This document shows, one piece after another, positions 19,371 to 29,756 of a stretch of DNA of 64,000 nucleotides; positions within the stretch are counted from its first letter, which is position 1; each line of letters opens with the position of its first letter. Made by a program: the position numbers and the translations under genes. Source of the stretch: Chloroflexota bacterium (GTDB lineage Bacteria; Chloroflexota; UBA11872; VXOZ01); NCBI GenBank assembly GCA_965221905.1, contig OZ244922.1, positions 128,001 through 192,000 of the forward strand. Reading direction: 5' to 3'. Below the pieces are notes generated by a model. That model was not told the DNA's origin. It searched no databases and saw nothing but the letters and a program-made list of their open reading frames with translations.

Positions 19371-20687
19371 ATGAAGTCTGTGTCTGAGGCGAGCATGTTG
19401 CAGCAGGAACTCTTAGCGACCAGCCGGCAGGTTTTTCCGGGAGGGTCGTCGGGCTTGTGGCGTCTGCCGGACGAGTATCATATCGTGGTCAACCACGGGC
19501 TCGGCAGCCACGTGTGGGACATGACCGGCAGGGAGTACATCGACTGCATCCTGGGTTCGGGGCCGGTAATCGTCGGTCATGCCCATCCGGCGGTGGTGGC
19601 GGCGGTGCAAGCCCAGGTGGCACAGGGCGCGACCTACTTTCTCCTCAATGAACCGGCAATTCGGCTGGCGGAAATGGTGGTTGATGCCGTGCCGTGCGCC
19701 GAACAGATTCGCTTCGTCAGCACCGGCACAGAGGCGACGTTCTACGCTATTCGCATTGCCCGCGCCTTTACCGGACGCAACAAGGTGCTCAAGTTCGAAG
19801 GCGCGCTCCACGGCGGGAACGACTACGCCACCATGAGCACCGTGCCGCCGCGCACCAGCGACTACCCCCACGGCATACCGGATAGCAGCGGCATTCCGCC
19901 GCAGGTGCAGGAACAGGTGCTGGTCTCCGAATTCAACAATCTCGCGCTCACCCGCGAGTTGGTGCTCCGTCACGGCGACGACTTGGCGGCGATCATCATG
20001 GAGCCGCTGCAGCGCGCGCTCAATCCGGACCCGGGTTTCCTGGCTGCCATGCGCGACCTGGCCCACGAGGTCGGGGCGCTGCTTATCTTCGATGAGATCG
20101 TCACCGGCTTCCGCTTGGCATGGGGAGGCGCGCAGGAATACTACGGCGTGGAGCCGGATCTGGCGGTGCTGGGCAAAGCGTTGGGCGGCGGCTACTCAGT
20201 GGGCGCGGTGGCGGGACCCGCCGAGATTATGGAAGTGGTCTCGTCGGCCATCAGAGGCACGCCGCGTTACGTCTGGATGGGCGGTACGTTTAGCGGCAAC
20301 CCGCTGAGCTCGGTAGCAGGCCTGGCGACCCTGGGCGTGCTCCAAGAAGAGGGGAGCTTTGCGCGGCTGCACGAGATTGGCGACCAGGTGCGCACCGGAC
20401 TTGAGGCGCTGGGTAGAGAGTGCGGCGAGCCGCTGCAGGCGATTGGCGCCGGGCCGTTGCTCCAGGTCTTCTTCGGCGAAGGCACCCTGCGCAGCTACCG
20501 CGATTGCCTGCAAACGGACAACACCAAACGCATCGCCTTCGCCCGCGAACTGCTTCGCTCCGGCATCCTCACCAACCCCGGCGAGAAGCTCTACTTCTCC
20601 CTGGCCCACACCGATGAGGACGTGGGAGAAATCCTCGACCGCGCTCGGGCGGCACTGAAGACGGTGCAGGAGGGGGCGTCCGCTTGA
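19371..20687 (+). CDS. Class III aminotransferase (GSA aminotransferase-like)
   Basis: STGTEAT, LIFDEIVTGFR and LGKALGGG. Confidence 0.9.
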   Translation: MKSVSEASMLQQELLATSRQVFPGGSSGLWRLPDEYHIVVNHGLGSHVWDMTGREYIDCILGSGPVIVGHAHPAVVAAVQAQVAQGATYFLLNEPAIRLAEMVVDAVPCAEQIRFVSTGTEATFYAIRIARAFTGRNKVLKFEGALHGGNDYATMSTVPPRTSDYPHGIPDSSGIPPQVQEQVLVSEFNNLALTRELVLRHGDDLAAIIMEPLQRALNPDPGFLAAMRDLAHEVGALLIFDEIVTGFRLAWGGAQEYYGVEPDLAVLGKALGGGYSVGAVAGPAEIMEVVSSAIRGTPRYVWMGGTFSGNPLSSVAGLATLGVLQEEGSFARLHEIGDQVRTGLEALGRECGEPLQAIGAGPLLQVFFGEGTLRSYRDCLQTDNTKRIAFARELLRSGILTNPGEKLYFSLAHTDEDVGEILDRARAALKTVQEGASA

Positions 20688-20790
20688 ATGACAATGCTAA
20701 TGAGCTGCCTCTTCGGAAGGTGTCTTTTGCTGCGTCTCACGAGTGTTCGTGACTGGGTGGAGATGCTGGAATAGTAGTGGATTCTCAACT

Positions 20791-21552
20791 TTACGACCAG
20801 CCGATAACGGGAGTGACAATCCAGGGGTGAAGCAATGGGTCTGATGAGAACCGCGGAAAGCTGTCTGGCCAAGGCAACTCAATGAGGTGGTTCTTGCTTG
20901 CCGCGTCAATCAGGTCCTGACTGTGTCCTACACCAAGCAAGTAGACCCTCACGCCGCGACTCTTGAGTTCGTTGATCATTTCCGCGTATCCGCCATCTCT
21001 CGTGATAAGTACGAGAATGGTGCGTGACGGGTCCTGGCCGCAGTAGGTACTACAGTGATGGATTATCTTCTCGTCCAAGTCATCGCTTTCTTCCCACACG
21101 TCCCAGTCATGGTTTTCTAACGTCTCCGTAGGGTCGAAGAAACTGTAACCCGGGGTGGAGCGGACGAATGCCTTGAATTTTCGTTGGGCCGTAGTCGAAA
21201 ATCGCTCTTCAAGCTCTGCCCTCAGCCAGGCATCCAAATGGGGCAAGTGTTGAATTTGTGCAGCTAGATTCGGAAAATCCCATACAACCAGCATGCGAGT
21301 GGGTTTCATAATCTGCTTCTTCCTCTTCTTAAAGAAACTGGGGGTAATACCTCTTTCCATCGCAATCGAATGGATTGCAGCGAGTGACGTGGCATCTGGC
21401 GTAGTGGCCCCAGTCTCCCAACGTGATACCGTGTTTTGCGGTATACCGAGAGAGGTTGCGAGCTTAGCTTGTGACAGGCTAAGTCTCTTTCGCAACTCTA
21501 CGATGCTCTCTGGGCTAAAGCTATACCGTTGCTGCTTTACGGGTGCCATCAT
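20791..21552 (-). CDS. XRE HTH - NYN (PIN-fold RNase) fusion protein
   Basis: LSQAKLA..TVSRWETG HTH. VVWDFPN, DLDEKI and LITRDGGY..LKSRGVRVYLLG NYN motifs. Confidence 0.75.
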   Translation of the reverse strand: MMAPVKQQRYSFSPESIVELRKRLSLSQAKLATSLGIPQNTVSRWETGATTPDATSLAAIHSIAMERGITPSFFKKRKKQIMKPTRMLVVWDFPNLAAQIQHLPHLDAWLRAELEERFSTTAQRKFKAFVRSTPGYSFFDPTETLENHDWDVWEESDDLDEKIIHHCSTYCGQDPSRTILVLITRDGGYAEMINELKSRGVRVYLLGVGHSQDLIDAASKNHLIELPWPDSFPRFSSDPLLHPWIVTPVIGWS

Positions 21553-21618
21553 TGTCTCCGTTGTTCGAAAAGCGAAAGCAAAACATCAAAGTCACAGTAC
21601 CATAGATATAGGGAGAAG

Positions 21619-21634
21619 TCTACAGATCTGTAGA
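21619..21634. promoter_or_regulatory. Perfect 16-bp palindrome, putative operator
   Basis: TCTACAGATCTGTAGA, 67 bp upstream of the HTH-NYN start. Confidence 0.5.
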
Positions 21635-21696
21635 ATGTTGTGTGACTTCCGTGACAGTCTTGCCTTATGAAGTCTGGGCTAGCTGAGGAGGTCAAG

Positions 21697-22260
21697 TTAC
21701 TTTAGGCTCTCGCAGGCGGTGCCGTCTTCATCTCTATCGAGCTGGTTTGGGTCTGAACTATCGGCATCCAATACCGCTTGAGCCTGCCACTGGAACTCAA
21801 AGTCTCCGCAATTATACTCGTCCCCTTGGCCAAGGTACTGTTGCGGGTCGAAGTCACTCTGCGGCGGTGCGGTAGGTATTGGGATTGGCGATGGGATGGC
21901 GGTCGGTGCGGGAGAAGGAGTTGGTATTGGTGACGGAATAGCAGTAGGCATGGAAGTTGGAGAGGGCTTGGGTGCTGGGACAGCCGTTGGCACAGGAGAA
22001 GGAGTAGCCAGCGGCGTAAGGACAGGTGTAGCTGTTGGCTCAGGTGTAGCAGCAATAGTAGCAAGCAGCAAAGGTGTGGCGGTTGCTTTAACACGGGCGG
22101 TGGGAGGCGCCGCGGCAGAGTTCGAATCGCTCTCTTCGTCTCCTCCACAGGCGAGCACACTGATGCAGGAGCCTATCAGCAGGATATAAATAAGACTAGC
22201 GGCAATCTGATTCCCGCGCGTGGCCGAACGGAAACCGGGAATTCTGCGTAGAACACCCAT
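21697..22260 (-). CDS. Lipoprotein with Pro/Thr-rich linker and Excalibur-like Ca-binding domain
   Basis: VLAC lipobox, PT repeats and YNCGDF..AQ...DPNQLDRDEDGTACE. Confidence 0.75.
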   Translation of the reverse strand: MGVLRRIPGFRSATRGNQIAASLIYILLIGSCISVLACGGDEESDSNSAAAPPTARVKATATPLLLATIAATPEPTATPVLTPLATPSPVPTAVPAPKPSPTSMPTAIPSPIPTPSPAPTAIPSPIPIPTAPPQSDFDPQQYLGQGDEYNCGDFEFQWQAQAVLDADSSDPNQLDRDEDGTACESLK

Positions 22261-22472
22261 GTATTCTTACTGCTCAAGTGTCAGGAATTGCATTCCCACC
22301 TCGCAACGAGTGCGGAACATGAATTGTGGGGGAAGGGTGGTAAGAGGCCTACACATCCAAGTTGCCATGCTAATACACTGCTACCGCCTCCTCGTGCACA
22401 GCGATTCCTAGCGAAACCCACGTCAGGAGACATCAGACTGTGCTAAAAAGGCGCTGGCAAGGACTGTCTTGA

Positions 22473-22764
22473 CTAGCGCAGCGTCTTGCGCATGGCACGA
22501 CCGGCCCTTGCCTGCCACGCGGCGCACGATGCGCTGTCCGACACGCCCCTTGCGCACGGCGTTCACGTCACCGAGAAGCCGCGCCAACCAGTAGAGAAGT
22601 GACCGTATCTTCATCCGAGCTCCACAGTGCCATTCCAATCTGGTGGGGAGTGTACCACAGACCTCCGCGCAGCAGCTGACCGGCAATGCGTAGACAAGAC
22701 TGGTAACGACCTGCTTCCAACGCACGCTCGAGCGAAATCCGGTGATCTTGCGTATGAGACCCAC
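22473..22764 (-). pseudogene. Gene remnants: duplicated N-terminus of the lipoprotein plus a frameshifted small basic protein
   Basis: MGLIRKITGFRSS resembles MGVLRRIPGFRSA. MKIRSLLYWLARLLGDVNAV..VAGK continues as AGRAMRKTLR* in another frame. Confidence 0.45.
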
Positions 22765-22880
22765 TCGACGGTGAGACTACAACGTCACCATCGGCTCCAG
22801 GCCTATCGGCAACTAACTGATGTGCGCACATGTGAGGAAGGGCAACTGTAAATGTACTACTTTGACCTTCCCAATTGCAC

Positions 22881-22907
22881 AGATGGTACTGTTTAATGGT
22901 ACCATCT
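22881..22907. promoter_or_regulatory. Inverted repeat operator upstream of hicA
   Basis: AGATGGTAC-N9-GTACCATCT. Confidence 0.6.
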
Positions 22908-22913
22908 CTTTAT

Positions 22914-23168
22914 ATGAGGAGGAAGCATCAGCGCACCTTAGAACGAGTCTTCACAAGGCCCACGCCATCCGATATCAGGTGGGCTGATATCGAGAGTATG
23001 TTAGAGGCGGTCGGCGTGGAGGTCTCAGAGGGGTCAGGGTCGCGGGTGCGCCTGGTTGCTACTGACAGGGTGATGGTTGTTCATCGCCCACACCCGCGGC
23101 CAGAGACAGGAAAAGCAACCGTAAGGGATGTTGTCGCGTTTCTTGCGTCTGTAGGAGTTGAGCCATGA
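22914..23168 (+). CDS. hicA: HicA family toxin
   Basis: KHQRTL..IRWADIE..GSGSRV..HRPHP. Confidence 0.9.
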   Translation: MRRKHQRTLERVFTRPTPSDIRWADIESMLEAVGVEVSEGSGSRVRLVATDRVMVVHRPHPRPETGKATVRDVVAFLASVGVEP

Positions 23169-23500
23169 TGGAGTACAAGGGCTACGTTGCCACAGTCGAA
23201 TTCGATGATTCTGTCGGCTTGCTGCACGGCAGAGTTGTGAATAGCGGCGACTATCCCGTCGCTACCTTCGAGGCAGCGGATGTGGCAGGGCTGCGTGCCG
23301 AGTTCCGCCTATCTGTGGACGAATACCTTAGTGCGTGTCAAGAAGCAGGAATCGAGCCCCGGCCGCCGTTCTCCGGCAAGCTCAATCTGCGGCTCGGATC
23401 GGACCTGCATCAGCGCGTGGCGGTCACAGCGCTGCAGAGCGGCATGAGCATCAACGAGTGGATCAAGCACGTGCTTACAGAGAACGTGCAGGGCCGGTGA
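23165..23500 (+). CDS. hicB: HicB family antitoxin
   Basis: MEYKGY..EFDD..FSGKLNLR..LH RHH. ATGA overlap with hicA. Confidence 0.92.
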   Translation: MMEYKGYVATVEFDDSVGLLHGRVVNSGDYPVATFEAADVAGLRAEFRLSVDEYLSACQEAGIEPRPPFSGKLNLRLGSDLHQRVAVTALQSGMSINEWIKHVLTENVQGR

Positions 23501-23732
23501 GGGCGCATTCAAGTCTGCGGGTGGAGTAACTTTTGGCGAGTTTACAGCACGCTTGCGAAAGAGTCCCGCCTCTGCAGTGGCAACTAGCAGATATTCGCCT
23601 ATTAATGTCAATCCGAGAGGTGTGGAATTTCAGAGGCTTGCGGGCGGTTTCCGATTGCTTGCCGGCAAGCCTCTGGTCACCCTCATCCCAACCTTCTCCC
23701 GTCAAGGGAGAAGGGGTGCCGGAAAGGACTTC

Positions 23733-24098
23733 CTATGAAGCGGCTGGGAGGGCGCCTTTCGCCACGTTGGCGAGCTCGGCAAACGCTGCGCTGTCTTGGA
23801 CGGCGAGGTCTGCCAGCATCTTGCGGTCCAGGGTAACGTTAGCTTCGCTGAGGCCGTGTATGAAGGCGCTGTAGGAGAGTCCGTTTTGGCGCGCGGCGGC
23901 GTTGATACGGACGATCCACAGGCGGCGCATTTCGCGCTTGCGGGTACGGCGGTGGCGGTAGGCAAACGCCATGCCGCGCATCACGGCTTCATTGGCGGTC
24001 TTGAAGAGGCGATGTCGGCCGCCCCAGTAACCTGAAGCGCGCTTGAGGACTTTCTTGTGGCGTTTGTGCGATGTTACGCCGCGTTTTACTCGGGGCAT
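23733..24098 (-). CDS. rplT: 50S ribosomal protein L20
   Basis: [24 protein letters not shown]. Confidence 0.98.
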   Translation of the reverse strand: MPRVKRGVTSHKRHKKVLKRASGYWGGRHRLFKTANEAVMRGMAFAYRHRRTRKREMRRLWIVRINAAARQNGLSYSAFIHGLSEANVTLDRKMLADLAVQDSAAFAELANVAKGALPAAS

Positions 24099-24367
24099 GG
24101 TCTCTCTACTCTTTGGTGTTCGCTACGTTTCTTCCAATGATTCACGTGCCCGGTAAAATAGCCGCGGGACAAGCCCCACGCGCTACAGTAACTCCAGGCT
24201 CTCTGTCGAATTCAGCTTCCTCAGCCTCAATCCGTTCGTCGGCCTCAATTTGATTGTCAGCCTCAGTCCGTTCGTCCTGAGCTTGTCGAAGGATGAACCG
24301 AGGGCACTGAGAACTCTTGAACTAATCTAATTGCCCGATCGCTGGAAGCTACACCGGCTCTTGGCAC

Positions 24368-24574
24368 TTACTTGATACCAGCGCCGGGTAGGAGTTTCTT
24401 GACGCGCTTCCTTTCGCCGTCGGGAGATTCGAAATAGTGCGCCGTAGTACGCAGCGTGCGCGGCTTCTTCTTGCGGCGCAAGTGGTTCATGCTCCCTTTA
24501 GGCCGCATCAGCTTGCCGGTGCCGCTGACCTTGAACCGCTTGCGCGTGCTCTTATGTGTCTTCATCTTAGGCAC
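24368..24574 (-). CDS. rpmI: 50S ribosomal protein L35
   Basis: [23 protein letters not shown] start at 24574. Confidence 0.95.
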   Translation of the reverse strand: MPKMKTHKSTRKRFKVSGTGKLMRPKGSMNHLRRKKKPRTLRTTAHYFESPDGERKRVKKLLPGAGIK

Positions 24575-24715
24575 GAGTCTATCGCCTCTCTTCATTTAGA
24601 GGAATCGAGTGCTATGGTATCATACACGGAGCGGTGCGCACAACCTGCCAGCCGTCCAGATGTACCCCGTGTTTTGCCTCACTCGCGCTTCGCATCCGTT
24701 CTTGGGAGACAGGGC

Positions 24716-26707
24716 ATGCCTCCGTTTCAAATGGTAACAGACCTAGCGCCGCGCGGCGATCAGCCCCAGGCGATTGACCAACTGGTCAGCGGGTGCCATG
24801 CCGAATACCCGTTCCAGACCCTTCTCGGCGTAACCGGTTCCGGTAAGACTCTCACCATGGCCCGGGTCATCCAAGCGATTCAGAAGCCGGCGCTTGTTCT
24901 TGCCCCCAACAAAACCCTGGCCGCGCAGCTTTTTTCCGAGTTTCGCGACTTCTTTCCGGAGAATGCGGTCGAGTACTTCGTCTCCTACTACGACTACTAC
25001 CAGCCCGAGGCGTACCTCCCGCGCACGGATACGTACATAGAAAAGGACTCGGACATCAACGAGGAGGTAGAGAAGCTCCGGCTCTCGGCCACACGGTCTC
25101 TCATGGAGCGGCCGGATGTCGTTATCGTCGCGAGCGTCTCCTGCATCTACGGCATGGGCTCGCCCCACGACTACGGGCAAGTGGTCGTACCGCTGAACGT
25201 TGGCGAGCAGTACCGCCGCCAGAACGTGTTGCGGCATCTGAACGATATTCAGTACGAGAGGAACAACGTAGATTTTAAGCGGGGCACATATCGGGTGAAG
25301 GGCGATGTGCTCGACATCTTTCCGGCCTATGGCGATACCGCAATCCGCATAGACTTCTTTGGCGACGAAATAGACCGCATCATCGAGATCGATCCGCTTA
25401 CCGGTGAGATTCTGGATACGCGGCAAGCGATCAATATCTATCCGGCGAGCCACTTCGTGACGCCGGTGGAGCGCATTGACGAGGCCGTCAAGAGCATCGA
25501 GACGGAGCTCGACGAGCACGTCGCCGTGCTGCAAAGCGAGGGTAAGCTGCTCGAAACGCAGCGCCTGCTGCAACGCACCCGGTTCGATCTGGAGATGCTG
25601 CGCGAGACCGGCCACTGCAAGGGCATCGAGAACTATAGCCGCCATCTCGACGGGCGTAACGCCGGCGATCCCTCGTGGACGCTGCTGGACTATTTCCCCA
25701 AGGACTTCCTCATGTTCATCGATGAGTCTCACGTCGCCGTGCCGCAACTGCGCGGCATGCATGCCGGGGACCGCTCGCGTAAGCAAGTGCTGGTGGATTA
25801 CGGCTTTCGCTTGCCGAGTGCGCTCGATAACCGCCCGCTCATGTTTCAGGAGCTAGAGCAGCGTCTCAATCAGGTGATCTTCGTTTCCGCGACGCCCAAT
25901 ATGTACGAACGCGAACGGAGCAGCCAGGTGGTGGAGCAGATTATCCGCCCCACCGGTCTGGTGGACCCTTCTATCGAAATACAGCCCACTACCGGTCAGA
26001 TCGACCATCTCGTCAGTCATATTCGTCAGCGGGTGGCGCAGCACGAGCGTGTGCTGGTGACAACGCTGACAAAGCGCATGGCGGAGCAACTCGCCGATTA
26101 CCTCAACGAAATCGGTATCAAGGTGCACTACCTGCACTCGGAGATCGATACCCTGGAGCGTGTGGAAATTCTGCGCGACCTCCGGCTGGGCGTGTACGAC
26201 GTGGTAGTGGGCATCAACCTGCTGCGTGAAGGTCTAGACTTGCCGGAAGTATCGCTGGTGGCGATTCTGGATGCGGATAAGGAAGGCTACCTGCGCAGCG
26301 AGACCTCGCTGGTGCAGACCATCGGCCGCGCGGCGCGTCACATCAACGGCCACGTGGTCCTCTACGCCGATGTGGTGACCAATTCTATGCGCCGCGCCAT
26401 CGACGAAACCTACCGCCGCCGCGATAGGCAGCTTGCCCACAACGATCAACACGGCATTAAGCCGGAGAGCGTGCACAAGGCGATTCGCGATATTACCGAT
26501 ACCATTCGCGCCGTAGCGGAAGAGGAATCAAGCTACCAGGCGGAAAATAAGCCGCTCTCGGCCAAAGAGGCGCTGAAGCTCATCAAGGAGCTTGAGAAGC
26601 AGATGCGCAAGGCGGCGAGAGATCTGGACTTCGAGCGCGCCGCGCTCGTCCGCGATCAAATCCGCGAAATCCGCGCCGGCCAGCAGGAAGTGATAACAGT
26701 CGAGTAG
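24716..26707 (+). CDS. uvrB: Excinuclease ABC subunit B
   Basis: [32 protein letters not shown] and C-terminal UVR domain. Confidence 0.98.
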   Translation: MPPFQMVTDLAPRGDQPQAIDQLVSGCHAEYPFQTLLGVTGSGKTLTMARVIQAIQKPALVLAPNKTLAAQLFSEFRDFFPENAVEYFVSYYDYYQPEAYLPRTDTYIEKDSDINEEVEKLRLSATRSLMERPDVVIVASVSCIYGMGSPHDYGQVVVPLNVGEQYRRQNVLRHLNDIQYERNNVDFKRGTYRVKGDVLDIFPAYGDTAIRIDFFGDEIDRIIEIDPLTGEILDTRQAINIYPASHFVTPVERIDEAVKSIETELDEHVAVLQSEGKLLETQRLLQRTRFDLEMLRETGHCKGIENYSRHLDGRNAGDPSWTLLDYFPKDFLMFIDESHVAVPQLRGMHAGDRSRKQVLVDYGFRLPSALDNRPLMFQELEQRLNQVIFVSATPNMYERERSSQVVEQIIRPTGLVDPSIEIQPTTGQIDHLVSHIRQRVAQHERVLVTTLTKRMAEQLADYLNEIGIKVHYLHSEIDTLERVEILRDLRLGVYDVVVGINLLREGLDLPEVSLVAILDADKEGYLRSETSLVQTIGRAARHINGHVVLYADVVTNSMRRAIDETYRRRDRQLAHNDQHGIKPESVHKAIRDITDTIRAVAEEESSYQAENKPLSAKEALKLIKELEKQMRKAARDLDFERAALVRDQIREIRAGQQEVITVE

Positions 26708-26995
26708 GCGGGCCCGGGGTTAGGCGACTGGCGTCGGCTGACCGGGGTTGCCCGACGCTTTGCATAAGTCTCCCTCTCCCAAGAGTGGGAGAGGGTCGGG
26801 GTGAGGGTTGAACTGCTAACTTCAAGAGCACGGGCGGTGAACGGGCGCGTCAAGTTGCACGCCCACGTCTGACCAACTTGCTAACTGCATGCTCCAGGAC
26901 TCCCACTCCGCTTTGCTCGGCTGGTAGTCGGGATGCACGATCTCTACTTCGCGCGGCGCCGGCTTGTCCGTCATGGCTTCCCTCCGAGGTGTTCT

Positions 26996-28283
26996 TGTAT
27001 AGACCGGGGACATAGGTTACACATGTTCGGGGACATAGGTAACAGATGTTCGGGGACATAGGTTACACCATAAGGCATGGAGAATCTTTTAGATGGAGGA
27101 GGACCATGCCTTGGAAAGTGGGTACACCCATGTCTTTGCGCAAAGAGTTTATTGCTCTGGCACAATCTGACGGAGTGAACATGAGCGAGTTGTGTCGTCG
27201 CATGGAAATCAGCCGCAAGACCGGCTACAAGTGGCTGCGGCGGTACGCGCAGGCCGGAGGGCAGAGCCTTCACGATCTGCCCAGGCGCCCGCACTCCAGT
27301 CCGCAGCAGACGAGCCGGGAGATGGAGGAACGCATCATAGCGTTGCGCCAGGCGCATCCCACCAAGGGTGCGCATGTGCTGGCCAGGATGTTGCAGGATC
27401 GCGGCTATACGGGCGTGCCTGCCAAGAGTACGATCACTGCCATTCTCAGACGACATGGGCTCATCGATGAATCCGAGGCTGCCAAGCACACACCCTATGT
27501 ACGCTTTGAGCGTGCCGAACCCAACGAGCTGTGGCAGATGGACTTCAAGGGACACATTGCCGTGCAACACCACCGCTGCCATCCGTTCACCCTCCTGGAC
27601 GATCACTCTCGCTTCAACCTGGCGCTGCGGGCCTGTGCCAACGAGCAGGGAAACACGGTCCAAGACCGCCTCACCCACGTCTTTCGGCGTTACGGCTTGC
27701 CTCAGGCCATGCTGATAGAAAACGGCTCCCCCTGGGGTAGCGACAGCGCTCATCCCTTTACTCCCCTCACCGTCTGGCTCATGCAACTGGGTATCAGCGT
27801 GCACCACAGCAGACCGTACCATCCCCAAACACTCGGCAAGCTGGAACGCTTCCACCGCTCGCTCAAGAGCGAGTTGCTTACAGGCCGCACCTTCACCGAC
27901 CTCCCCCACTGCCAACGTGCCTTCGACACCTGGCGTGACTTCTACAACTTGGAGCGCCCACACTATGCCCTCGACCTCGACACCCCGGTCAGCCGATACA
28001 CACCCAGTGGTAAAACTTTCCCCGAGACCCTACCCGCCATCGACTACGCCCCCGACGACCACGTGCGTTCTGTGGATGTCTCCGGTCGCATCTCTTTCCA
28101 GGGCAGACCACTGCGTGTGGGGAAGGCCTTCACGCATAAGCGGGTCGCGCTCAGACCCACCCAAACCGACGGCGTATGGGACGTTTACTTCTCCGTCCAA
28201 CGCATAAAAACCCTAGACCTCAATGAACAAAATGTGTAACCTATGTCCCCGAACATCTGTTACCTATCTCCCCAGTCTGTACA
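26996..28283 (+). mobile_element. IS481-family insertion sequence
   Basis: TGT...ACA ends. Repeated GGGGACATAGGT(T/A)ACA motifs, 3x at left and 2x inverted at right. Confidence 0.9.
27106..28239 (+). CDS. IS481 transposase
   Basis: ISRKTGYKW HTH, WQMDFKG and GKLERFH. Confidence 0.92.
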   Translation: MPWKVGTPMSLRKEFIALAQSDGVNMSELCRRMEISRKTGYKWLRRYAQAGGQSLHDLPRRPHSSPQQTSREMEERIIALRQAHPTKGAHVLARMLQDRGYTGVPAKSTITAILRRHGLIDESEAAKHTPYVRFERAEPNELWQMDFKGHIAVQHHRCHPFTLLDDHSRFNLALRACANEQGNTVQDRLTHVFRRYGLPQAMLIENGSPWGSDSAHPFTPLTVWLMQLGISVHHSRPYHPQTLGKLERFHRSLKSELLTGRTFTDLPHCQRAFDTWRDFYNLERPHYALDLDTPVSRYTPSGKTFPETLPAIDYAPDDHVRSVDVSGRISFQGRPLRVGKAFTHKRVALRPTQTDGVWDVYFSVQRIKTLDLNEQNV

Positions 28284-28509
28284 CGTATCAAGTACGGGGC
28301 AGGCTCTAGCCCTCTGCCTCAGTAAGAGAGGACTTTTGGCCCCCAGGTGAGGGGATTCTTGCTCCCGCCAAGGTTTTGCAAAGGTCTCCATAGGGACAAA
28401 CGCAGCTCATTAGAGGTATGAATGGGCTTCGGCTTTTTCTCGCCAATTGGGAGAAGTGCGCGCGGAATACAGGCCGGATTGCAGATGCAGCAAAGGAAAT
28501 GCGGGCGTA

Positions 28510-29181
28510 TTAGCAGGCGACTGCGTCCGGTAGCTCGGCGACGCTTGCAATGACGCTCTGGCAGGCGTGGGCGTTGAATGCTGCCTGTGTGGTGACACCG
28601 GAGAGCACGGCGAGGAACGGCACGTCTGCCCGCTGCGCGGCCTTGGCATCGGTCACGCTGTCACCCACGTAGCAGGTGTTCGCCGGTACTCCCCCCAGCG
28701 CCGACATGGCCGTGAGCAGGCCCTCGGGGTCCGGTTTGGAGGCAATGACGTCTTCTCTCCCCACAATCACGTCGAAGTCCGCACGTAAGTCCTCCCGTTC
28801 CAGCACGTGCTCGATGCGGTAGCGGAACTTAGAGGAGACGATGCCCAGCGCAAGACCTCTACGCTTTAGGGCGTGAGCCGCTCCTGCCACGTACGGAAAT
28901 ATCACCGTGTGGTCAGCCATGATGGCGTCCGCCTGCCGGATGAAGAGACGGTCGAATTCCTTACTCGCAGCCGGAAACCGGTCTGCCGGGACGCTGGTCC
29001 CGACAATGTATGCAAACGCGTCCTCAAGCGAGAGGCCGATGGTCTGCCGAATGACGTCCGGCGGCGCGACAGGCAACCCCAGCGCTTCCAAGGCGAAATT
29101 CGTACAGGCGATCACGCCGGTAGATGAGTCCGCCAGCGTGTAGTCGAAGTCGAATAGGATTGTGCGCAGATGAGAAGGCAT
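28510..29181 (-). CDS. HAD-family phosphatase (Gph-like)
   Basis: FDFDYTLADS, KPDP and YVGDS..D. Confidence 0.9.
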   Translation of the reverse strand: MPSHLRTILFDFDYTLADSSTGVIACTNFALEALGLPVAPPDVIRQTIGLSLEDAFAYIVGTSVPADRFPAASKEFDRLFIRQADAIMADHTVIFPYVAGAAHALKRRGLALGIVSSKFRYRIEHVLEREDLRADFDVIVGREDVIASKPDPEGLLTAMSALGGVPANTCYVGDSVTDAKAAQRADVPFLAVLSGVTTQAAFNAHACQSVIASVAELPDAVAC

Positions 29182-29756
29182 AGCAATACAGAAGGAGCTA
29201 ATGGGGTTAGAGGCAGGTTACACGTAGCCTGCTTAGGTTCTTTTACCGGTAAGGTGAAGAATTTCAAGCTTGCTAACCGACGCGCCCTCCGCTCGCTTAA
29301 AGTCTGAGTCAGCAGTTACGAAAGTTCCCGCGTGTTTCTCTGCGAGGGCGAGGTGAAGGGCATCATCAGGGGTAAAATCAAGGTCGCGCATGTAGCGGAT
29401 TGCCGCTGAGGTCATTGCTGGAGCGAAGGTCTTGCTATCCGGAACAACGTCTACCGGATGACCGGCTTCCTGCCAATCGTGAATCGCTTGCGCGACGCCT
29501 TCAATCCAGTCGCCGTGCTTTTCGAAGGCCGCTGCCCTATGCCTGCGAAATGCGCTCCTTGAAAAGCGAGAATCGGGCCGTTGCCTATTGAGCGTACGGT
29601 AAGATTCCCTGAACATCCCCCACCACGCTTCTTGCACAGTGATCATAGACACAAGGATTGGAGCTCCAGCGACAAGCAACTCTCCAATGACATCCTTACA
29701 ACTCTTGTAGAGGTCGTGGTTACTTACTACATAACCAACAAGCACGTTCGCATCTA

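Noticed and set aside
26971-27963. 330-aa antisense ORF and other long shadow ORFs (e.g. 24743-25786, 58469-59374)
   Set aside because: They lie antisense to well-supported genes in GC-rich DNA and have no motifs.
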